Origin: Bacteroidaceae bacterium
GTDB lineage: Bacteria; Bacteroidota; Bacteroidia; Bacteroidales; Bacteroidaceae
NCBI GenBank assembly: GCA_045647345.1
Contig: JAZRMG010000181.1
Span: 1 to 56,297 of the forward strand
Length of the DNA: 56,297 nucleotides
Direction: 5' to 3'
Shown: piece by piece, positions 21,181-27,647 of the stretch
How positions within the stretch are numbered: position 1 is the first letter of the stretch
How the letters are laid out: each line of letters starts with the position of its first letter
Position numbers and translations under genes: made by a program
Notes under the pieces: model-generated
Seen by the model: only the letters and a program-made list of their open reading frames with translations
What the model was told of the DNA's origin: nothing
The model's database searches: none

Positions 21181-23076
21181 ATGAACAAACAAATAAAGTA
21201 TAGAGCAATGAAAAACAAATCATTTATAGGACTTGTTGCCGCTATCTTCTCACTGACGCTGACTACCTCGTGTGAGGATATGTTGACTGTTGACTCCAAC
21301 CGTGTGGTCTATGAAGAGGAGCATACGCTCAGCAGTACCGCCGACTCGGTATATACTACCAACGGAATCTTGCAGTCGTTCCAGCAGATAGCTGATAGAT
21401 ATATTCTCTTGGGTGAACTGAGAGGTGACTTGGTGGATGTGAATGAAATTACACAGGCCAAGTATCGTAATATTGCTGATTTCAAGTTTGACACAGAGAA
21501 TGAGCTGTTAGATCCGACCGACTATTATGCGGTGATTAATAACTGTAACTATCTGTTGAAGCACATGGATGTGTCGCACAAGAAGAATGGTAAGCCGTTG
21601 ATGCTTGATGAGTACGCCGCAGCGCTGAGCATTCGTGCATGGACCTATATGCAGCTCGCCATCAACTATGGTAAGGTACCTTTCTTCACAGAACCGCTCA
21701 CCAAGGTGGCTGACGCAGAGGCTATATTGGACAATGTGGCTGAATGGAAGGATATCAAGGGTATTGCTGAAGCCCTTGCTCCTGAGTTGGAAGAGCATGT
21801 TGAAACCGATATGCCGGCTTGGGCTTCACCCTTCTCTATTCCTACAAAGAATATGTTCCCTCCCGTGAAGTTGGTTTTGGGCGATTTGTACCTTTGGAAA
21901 GGTGATTACGAGCAGGCTTCATTCTATTTCTTGGACTTCTTGGCAAATAGAAACGAGAATCAGGCAGAGAACTATTCGGCTACATTGACAGGTAGTACGT
22001 ATGAGTTTGAAGGCTATATGGGTAATAATGGTAAGGCTGTGTATTTCGGTTATAATGACATTACTCGTAAGTTGTATACTTTTGCCACTACTATGAACGA
22101 CTGGTTGGATTATGCCGAGTTTACCGATTCGAAGAACGAGAACCTCTGTGCTATCGCAATGTCTACCTCTTCGGAGAGCGGTACGGTTTCTGAGGTTAAA
22201 GACTTGTTCTACAATTTTAATGGAACTCATCAGTTGGTGCCCTCTTCTGCTTGGTTGCAGCTGAATAACGAACAGAACTATTACCGTAAGTTGAAAATCC
22301 AAGGTTCAACCACAGATGATGATGATGCTTATGCCGAATATGTAAAGTATGGCGATGCACGTGGAAAGTATATTTATGACACTGAGAATAAGCTGACTTT
22401 AGAGAATGGATCAGAATATACTCCCTTGTCGAAGTTCCAGAATGCAACAGCTTCTACTATCGTGCTTTATAGACGTGCTGTTGTTTATTTGAGAGCTGCC
22501 GAGGCACTGAACAGCTATGCTGCTGTGGAGTATCAGAAAGGTGATGCTGTGTCTATGAAACATGCTGGTGAGCATGCTACCATTGCATTCAACTTCTTGA
22601 AGGATGCCTACAAGGCTTTCTTGATGATCAACGAACACACCTTGGATGCGGCTTATAGCAGTACTCCCGAGTATCGTTTGAAACTGAACAGCGACACTGC
22701 TGCATTTGTAAAGTATGAGGAGATGTTGAGAAGCGATTTCTTCCAAGGTGTACATGCCAGAGGTTGTGGCGAGGTGCATTTGGATACCGTACACTACACC
22801 TTGAAGCCTGAGGCTATTGCTGATTATCTCGGTGTAAGTGAGGTGACCTTCCAGGATACAATCACTTATGTGGAGGAGCGTATCCTTAACGAGTTGGCTC
22901 TCGAAGCTCCCTTCGAAGGAAACCGTTTCGGTGATCTCATCCGCTTTGCCGAGCGTCGTGGCGATGACAATCTCTTGATTGAACGCGTTGCCAATAGAAG
23001 TGGAAAGGAAAATCTTGAGATTAAGGCCAAGCTTCAAGATAAGGCTAACTGGTATCTCCCACTTCCTGTGAAATAA
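21181..23076 (+). CDS. SusD/RagB-family nutrient-binding lipoprotein (copy 2)
   Basis: 631 aa with a lipobox (LTTSCEDML). It is helical and TPR-like, with the typical tail ELALEAPFEGNRFGDLIRFA. It starts 6 nt after SusC copy 2. Confidence 0.85.
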   Translation: MNKQIKYRAMKNKSFIGLVAAIFSLTLTTSCEDMLTVDSNRVVYEEEHTLSSTADSVYTTNGILQSFQQIADRYILLGELRGDLVDVNEITQAKYRNIADFKFDTENELLDPTDYYAVINNCNYLLKHMDVSHKKNGKPLMLDEYAAALSIRAWTYMQLAINYGKVPFFTEPLTKVADAEAILDNVAEWKDIKGIAEALAPELEEHVETDMPAWASPFSIPTKNMFPPVKLVLGDLYLWKGDYEQASFYFLDFLANRNENQAENYSATLTGSTYEFEGYMGNNGKAVYFGYNDITRKLYTFATTMNDWLDYAEFTDSKNENLCAIAMSTSSESGTVSEVKDLFYNFNGTHQLVPSSAWLQLNNEQNYYRKLKIQGSTTDDDDAYAEYVKYGDARGKYIYDTENKLTLENGSEYTPLSKFQNATASTIVLYRRAVVYLRAAEALNSYAAVEYQKGDAVSMKHAGEHATIAFNFLKDAYKAFLMINEHTLDAAYSSTPEYRLKLNSDTAAFVKYEEMLRSDFFQGVHARGCGEVHLDTVHYTLKPEAIADYLGVSEVTFQDTITYVEERILNELALEAPFEGNRFGDLIRFAERRGDDNLLIERVANRSGKENLEIKAKLQDKANWYLPLPVK

Positions 23077-23092
23077 ATCAGAAATTATTGAA

Positions 23093-23130
23093 GGGCTGCT
23101 CCGGAGAATTATGCGGAGCAGCCCTTTGTT
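23093..23130 (+). terminator. Rho-independent terminator closing the FAS1/SusCD operon
   Basis: An 11-bp perfect stem (gggctgctccg / cggagcagccc, 23093-23103 and 23114-23124) is followed by tttgtt. It lies 17 nt after the SusD stop codon. Confidence 0.8.
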
Positions 23131-23167
23131 ATATTATAGAACTACTAAAGCATTACTTCGTCATTCA

Positions 23168-24292
23168 ATGTCTCGTCTATCCCTATTGTTATGTGTATGG
23201 CTGATGGCTATGGCTGTCAGTGCCAAAGATTTTACAGTGGTTATTGATGCTGGTCATGGTGGTAAGGACCCAGGTGCTGTCAGTGCCAATAAACAGATAT
23301 ATGAGAAGGATATCACACTGAAAGTAGCGCTTATGGTGGGAGAGAGCATTGCGGCGAGCCATCCTGAAGTGAAGGTGCTCTATACACGTAAGACAGACAA
23401 GTTTGTCGGACTTAATGACCGTGCACGCATGGCCAATAAGGCAAATGCCGATCTTTTCATCTCCATTCACGTCAATGCAGCCAAGAATCGTTCGGCTAAA
23501 GGTGCTGAGACCTTTACGTTAGGTGTAGAGGAAGAACGTACGGAGCTAAGTCTGGATGTCGCTAAACGGGAGAATGGAGTTATTCTCCTCGAAGATAACC
23601 ATGAGAAGACCTATGCAAACTTCAATCCCAATTCGCCAGAGAGTTATATCATCTTTGAATATATGCAGAGTGAGTTCGTGAAGGAGAGCATACACCTGGC
23701 TCAATATGTGCAGGAAAATTTTGCCAAAGATGCCAATCGGCAGGATCGTGGTGTCCGTCAAGCTGGATTCCTTGTGCTCAATGCCACTTCAATGCCCAGT
23801 ATCTTGGTAGAGTTGGGCTATATAAGCAATGCTGAGGAGGCCAAGTATCTGGCTTCTGCTACTGCTCAAAAGCGTTTGAGCCAATGTATTACCAAAGCGT
23901 TTGACCAGTATTATGCCGACTTGAAGAAGCTACAGAACAATATGCTGCTGGCAGAAGAGTCTCTCTCAAATGAACAGGAAAATGCAACGGGGAACTTGCA
24001 AACGGCGGTAGTGCGGGATGATACGCCTGTGTTTAAGGTGCAGTTCCTCTCTTCATCCAAGAAATTGGAGAAAGGCAATCCTGCATTCAAGGGAGTCGGC
24101 CCTGTATCTTATTATTACGAAAAGGGGTTATACAAGTATACTTGTGGGGAATCTGCTAACTATAATGAGATACTGCATGTAAAAAATAAGGTGAATGAGA
24201 AGTTCAAGGATGCTTTTGTTGTGGCCTTCGTCAAGGGCGAACGGATAGATACGCAGCAAGCCATTGCTTTGTTTAAGCAGCAGAATCCTTAG
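23168..24292 (+). CDS. N-acetylmuramoyl-L-alanine amidase (Amidase_3 / AmiC type) with a C-terminal SPOR domain
   Basis: The motifs are VVIDAGHGGKDPGA, DLFISIHVNA and GFLVLN...PSILVELGYISN. The C-terminal SPOR-like segment is VFKVQFLSS...AFVVAFVKGERI. The track start at 23111 lies inside the upstream terminator. The start MSRLSLLL (23168) gives a sensible signal peptide. Confidence 0.9.
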   Translation: MSRLSLLLCVWLMAMAVSAKDFTVVIDAGHGGKDPGAVSANKQIYEKDITLKVALMVGESIAASHPEVKVLYTRKTDKFVGLNDRARMANKANADLFISIHVNAAKNRSAKGAETFTLGVEEERTELSLDVAKRENGVILLEDNHEKTYANFNPNSPESYIIFEYMQSEFVKESIHLAQYVQENFAKDANRQDRGVRQAGFLVLNATSMPSILVELGYISNAEEAKYLASATAQKRLSQCITKAFDQYYADLKKLQNNMLLAEESLSNEQENATGNLQTAVVRDDTPVFKVQFLSSSKKLEKGNPAFKGVGPVSYYYEKGLYKYTCGESANYNEILHVKNKVNEKFKDAFVVAFVKGERIDTQQAIALFKQQNP

Positions 24293-24343
24293 CTCGAAAA
24301 GGAACTCATTTGCGTTCCCTTAGATACAAATAGTAGATAGAAT

Positions 24344-25231
24344 ATGAAACGTTTCAGCAAAGAGGTAAAGATTGGTGCTACTTTTCTAATTAGTGTTGCA
24401 CTATTGTATATTGGTGTGAATTTTCTCAAAGGGAGTAGTGTATTTTCCCATTACAGCACCTATTACACCGTTGTGAGTAATACAGGTGGAATTGCCGTTT
24501 CGTCGGTTGTCACAGCCAATGGCTATCAAGTAGGTACGGTCAGTCGTGTCGAATATGATTATGCCCGTCCTGAACGTATTGTGTTGGCTATGCGTGTGAA
24601 TGAGGCCTTACGTATACCGAAGGGGACGCACGCCTTTCTTGTAAACTCTTTGATGGGAGGGGTGAGCATAGAGCTTAGATTGGCTCAGTCTGCGGTGTAC
24701 TATGCTGATGGTGACACCCTGCCGAGCGGAGTGGCTGACGGACTGACAGGACAAATAGAAAATGTGATGTTGCCACAGGTCAATGCATTAGTCCCCAAGG
24801 TGGATAGTCTCATTACAGCATTGACCACATTGGTTGCCAATCCTGCTTTGGAGGCTTCAATAAGCAATGTGGAGAGCATTAGTGCTAAACTAAACCATAC
24901 GGCAGGCGAACTGAACCGTCTCTTTCATGATGAATTACCCCTGTTGGTCACTGACCTGCAGGGAACTGCGCGAAACGTGAATAAGATTACCTCCGAGTTG
25001 GCTACCATGGATTATGTGCAGACAATAGCTCGTGTGGATAGTGCCATTGCAGGTCTGCAAACGCTTTCGGAGGCTCTGACGAGCGATCGCAGCAGCATTG
25101 GCCGTCTGCTGGGTGATACGGCATTCTACAACAACCTCAATGAGGTGTGCACCAATGCCAATGCTCTCATCGAGGATGTGAAGGCTCACCCTTCGCGTTA
25201 TATCAATATCTCGGTCTTCGGAAAGAAATAA
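24344..25231 (+). CDS. MlaD/MCE-domain protein (lipid asymmetry / ABC transport substrate-binding component)
   Basis: 295 aa with an N-terminal TM helix (KIGATFLISVALLYIGVNFL). The MCE core is YTVVSNTGGIAVSSVVTANGYQVGTVSRVEY. The tail is long, helical and Ala/Leu-rich. Confidence 0.8.
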   Translation: MKRFSKEVKIGATFLISVALLYIGVNFLKGSSVFSHYSTYYTVVSNTGGIAVSSVVTANGYQVGTVSRVEYDYARPERIVLAMRVNEALRIPKGTHAFLVNSLMGGVSIELRLAQSAVYYADGDTLPSGVADGLTGQIENVMLPQVNALVPKVDSLITALTTLVANPALEASISNVESISAKLNHTAGELNRLFHDELPLLVTDLQGTARNVNKITSELATMDYVQTIARVDSAIAGLQTLSEALTSDRSSIGRLLGDTAFYNNLNEVCTNANALIEDVKAHPSRYINISVFGKK

Positions 25232-25247
25232 GCAGATAAGTTTTAGC

Positions 25248-25413
25248 AATAATATAGCTGTTGTCCAAAGAAACTTTCTCTCCGCGCTGAGTGTCATCCT
25301 GACAGAGCGTAGCGTCGGAAGGATCCCGCGCAGTGACTTGGCAAGAGACATTTGCGAGATGTTTCACTTCGTTCAACATGACAAACTATGCTTTGGACAA
25401 CTGCTATATTATT
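25248..25413. repeat. Copy A of a ~165-bp nested-palindrome repeat element (23-bp terminal inverted repeats around a GTCATCC...hairpin core)
   Basis: The terminal inverted repeats are aataatatagctgttgtccaaag (25248-25270) and ctttggacaactgctatattatt (25391-25413), with one mismatch. The core is gtgtcatcctgacagagcgtagcgtcggaaggatcccgcgc, with a partner arm gcgagatgtttcacttcgttcaacatgacaaac. Bases 25274-25331 are identical, as reverse complement, to 32138-32195. Confidence 0.85.
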
Positions 25414-25438
25414 ACCTAAGTTTTTATGTGTCAAATGG

Positions 25439-25540
25439 TTCCTATGCAGTGAGGAATTGCAATCTCACTGCATAGGAATTATAATCTCTGTATCGAGAAA
25501 TCGTAATCTCGCTACAGTGGAATTCGATTTCATATGCCTC
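25439..25540. repeat. 15-bp perfect hairpin overlapping four in-phase 22-bp tandem repeats (GGAATTnnAATCTCnnTnnnnn)
   Basis: The hairpin arms are ttcctatgcagtgag (25439-25453) and ctcactgcataggaa (25464-25478). The repeat units are ggaattgcaatctcactgcata / ggaattataatctctgtatcga / gaaatcgtaatctcgctacagt / ggaattcgatttcatatgcctc (25453-25540). They lie about 370-460 bp upstream of dnaA. Confidence 0.8.
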
Positions 25541-25869
25541 TTGAGAGAACAGCCGGATAGCATGTTTTTATAGGACGAAAAAGGTGCTAAATTAGATTTT
25601 GTCTAAAATAGTATGATTGTGCCAATGAGGCTCGGGAAGAGGCTGGAATATGCGATAAACCTCTATGAAAGTGGTGTTGCAGCAAGGGATTCAAACTTGA
25701 ATTTGAAAGTTGAAAAATGAAAAGTTGTTATTAATCAGCATGTTTGATATATGCAAGAGAAAAAAAGGGGAAGATAATGCGAAAAATACAAATAACTGAA
25801 AGTTAGCACCTTTGTAAACTGCAAATATTTGGAGAGTAAATATGGTTTGAAAATGTCGAATATGTAGCG

Positions 25870-25877
25870 TAACTTTG
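25870..25877 (+). promoter_or_regulatory. -7 promoter element TAacTTTG upstream of dnaA
   Basis: taactttg followed by ca, 35 nt upstream of ATG 25913. Confidence 0.5.
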
Positions 25878-25912
25878 CAATGTAGAAGTAAAAGGAAAAG
25901 AAAGAAGCAATC

Positions 25913-27316
25913 ATGACAGACATTCAGCTCACAGAACTTTGGGGCAAATGTTTGGATATTATTCGCGATAATATACCAAACAGCACGTTTAATACGTGGT
26001 TCTCTAATACTAAGCCCGCGTCATACGTGGACAATGTATTGACGATTTTTGTGCCCAGCCAATTTGTGTATGAGTATATTGAGGCTCATTACGTGAATTT
26101 GCTTAGTGCTGCGATTTATCGTGTGTTTGGGAACAACACTTTGCTGAATTATCGTGTGCTTACTGATCGTCAGAATCAGCTGACAGTAGATCAAGAGTCG
26201 GAGAAGCGTCCTAATTCTAAGCTTTCAGAGCAGGTTAAGAGCTCTAATAAAACACCCGACGCCATTGCTGTGCCCGTGCAGGATCTTGACCCGATGTTGC
26301 GCAGCAACTATAGGTTTGACAACTTCATAGAGGGATTGAGTAATAAGCTTCCTCGTGCAGCCGCGGAGAGTATTGCGATGAAGCCAGGAAAGACTGTGTT
26401 TAATCCTCTTTTCCTTTACGGTGCTTCGGGAGTGGGAAAGACGCATTTGGCGAATGCTATTGGCTTGAAGGTAAAGGAACTATATCCCGAAAAGCGCGTG
26501 CTTTACGTATCGGCACACTTGTTTAAGGTGCAATATACAGACTCGGTGCGTAAGAATACGCTTAACGATTTCATCAACTTCTATCAGAGTATTGATGTAC
26601 TTATCATTGATGATATTCAGGAGTTTGTCGGTGTAGAGAAAACTCAGAATACCTTCTTCCATGTCTTCAATCACCTGCATCAGAATGGCAAGCAGCTCAT
26701 TATGACTTGCGATCGCCCGCCTGTGATGTTGCAGGGCATCGAAGATCGTCTCATCACACGTTTCAAGTGGGGTCTCACCGCCGAGATTGAACGTCCCAAT
26801 CTGGAGTTGCGTCGTAGCATCCTCTCAGATAAGGTCCGCCGTGAAGGGATTATGTTGGAGTCTGATGTCTTGGAGTATATCGCAGAGAATGTGACCGACA
26901 GCGTGCGTGAACTTGAGGGTATATTGATCTCGCTTCATGCGCACTCTACACTCTATGGACGCGAGATTGACATGGCTTTGGCTCAGCGTGTTATCAGTAA
27001 GGCCGTGCGTGTTGTCGAAAAGGAGTTGACGGTAGAGGATATCGTGCATTCTACGTGTGAATACTACCATGTGAAAGATGATAGTATTTATACTTCTTCG
27101 CGTAAGCGCGATATTGTACTTGCTCGTCAGATAGCGATGTATCTTACCCACAAGCATCTTCCTAATCTCTCGCTGGCGCGTATCGGACAATGTATAGGCT
27201 CTAAGGACCATTCGACAGTGTTGCATGCCTGCCGCACCATTGAGGGGCAGATTGAGGTCGACAAGGCTGTCGAGCTTGCCATAGAAGAAATAGAGGCGAA
27301 AATTAAGACTCGATAA
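25913..27316 (+). CDS. dnaA: Chromosomal replication initiator protein DnaA
   Basis: 467 aa. The Walker A motif is LFLYGASGVGKTHL, Walker B is VLIIDDIQ, and the sensor region is LIMTCDRPP. The C-terminal DnaA-box-binding HTH reads RKRDIVLARQIAMYLTHKHLPNLSLARIGQCIGSKDHSTVLHACR. Confidence 0.97.
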   Translation: MTDIQLTELWGKCLDIIRDNIPNSTFNTWFSNTKPASYVDNVLTIFVPSQFVYEYIEAHYVNLLSAAIYRVFGNNTLLNYRVLTDRQNQLTVDQESEKRPNSKLSEQVKSSNKTPDAIAVPVQDLDPMLRSNYRFDNFIEGLSNKLPRAAAESIAMKPGKTVFNPLFLYGASGVGKTHLANAIGLKVKELYPEKRVLYVSAHLFKVQYTDSVRKNTLNDFINFYQSIDVLIIDDIQEFVGVEKTQNTFFHVFNHLHQNGKQLIMTCDRPPVMLQGIEDRLITRFKWGLTAEIERPNLELRRSILSDKVRREGIMLESDVLEYIAENVTDSVRELEGILISLHAHSTLYGREIDMALAQRVISKAVRVVEKELTVEDIVHSTCEYYHVKDDSIYTSSRKRDIVLARQIAMYLTHKHLPNLSLARIGQCIGSKDHSTVLHACRTIEGQIEVDKAVELAIEEIEAKIKTR

Positions 27317-27346
27317 TTCTTTCTCGGAAAAAGATTACGATATTAC

Positions 27347-27379
27347 TCCCACACGGAATATTTCTGTGTGGGATTTTTT
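27347..27379 (+). terminator. Rho-independent terminator of dnaA
   Basis: The stem tcccacac / gtgtggga (27347-27354 and 27366-27373) is followed by ttttttg. It lies 30 nt after the dnaA stop codon. Confidence 0.8.
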
Positions 27380-27414
27380 GTGTGTTGTGTTTCTGTGGTT
27401 TTCTTCTCAGTTTT

Positions 27415-27525
27415 CTGTTGGGTTTTTGTTTTGGAAAACATTCTTGTTTTCTCGAAAATGTAATCCTTTTATTATTAGGCTGTTGTGTTTTTGTTTTGGA
27501 AAACTTTTACTTTTTCTCGATTTTC
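27415..27525. repeat. Two ~46-bp direct repeats with a 65-bp period (a third, degenerate copy lies near 27571-27600) in a T-rich spacer between dnaA and nrdJ
   Basis: The copies are ctgttgggtttttgttttggaaaacattcttgttttctcgaaaatg (27415-27460) and ctgttgtgtttttgttttggaaaacttttactttttctcgattttc (27480-27525). Each contains GTTTTGGAAAAC. The third copy has cttttgtttcgaaaagtttt, which includes the palindrome TTTCGAAA. Confidence 0.8.
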
Positions 27526-27561
27526 ATTGTTGGGAAATTTTGTCAAGTCGGAAAGGTTGTG

Positions 27562-27569
27562 TAACTTTG
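27562..27569 (+). promoter_or_regulatory. -7 promoter element TAacTTTG upstream of nrdJ
   Basis: taactttg followed by ca, 78 nt upstream of the GTG start at 27648. Confidence 0.5.
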
Positions 27570-27647
27570 CAGAGCTTTTGTTTCGAAAAGTTTTACTTCT
27601 ACGCTAAACTTACTTTTTGAACAACTTTTTTAACCTGATAAAATACA

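Noticed and set aside
23111-23167. Upstream 19 codons of the amidase ORF (track start at 23111)
   Set aside because: The ATG at 23111 sits inside the loop and right arm of the SusD terminator hairpin. The Met at 23168 gives a normal signal peptide.
24935-25351. 138-aa (-) ORF here and 67-aa (+) ORF at 32118-32321, sharing the peptide RGILPTLRSVRMTLSAERK
   Set aside because: The shared peptide is simply the translation of the two inverted copies of the ~165-bp repeat element. The first ORF also runs antisense into the MlaD gene.
25453-25540. Possible CRISPR array (also considered for 1682-1769 and 49452-49589)
   Set aside because: The repeats are directly abutting, with no unique spacers. 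The units are only 22 or 46 bp and are degenerate. No cas genes are present in the window.
25414-25912. Calling this region, or 27317-27647, oriC
   Set aside because: Scanning both dnaA-flanking intergenic regions by eye, I found no TTATCCACA / TGTGGATAA box, even allowing one mismatch. The upstream 23 kb of genes point toward dnaA, which does not fit a simple origin at this site. I kept it only as a low-confidence hypothesis in the findings.
27366-27620. 84-aa and 60-aa Phe/Leu-rich ORFs between dnaA and nrdJ
   Set aside because: They are products of the T-rich repeat spacer. They start within or just after the dnaA terminator and cover the nrdJ promoter box. Their repeated peptide segments mirror the DNA direct repeats.
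27570-27647. Cobalamin riboswitch or NrdR boxes in the nrdJ leader
   Set aside because: The leader is only about 78 nt long, AT-rich and lacks a B12-box-like GCCACTG core. No 16-bp acaCwAtATaTwgTgt-type palindromes are present.
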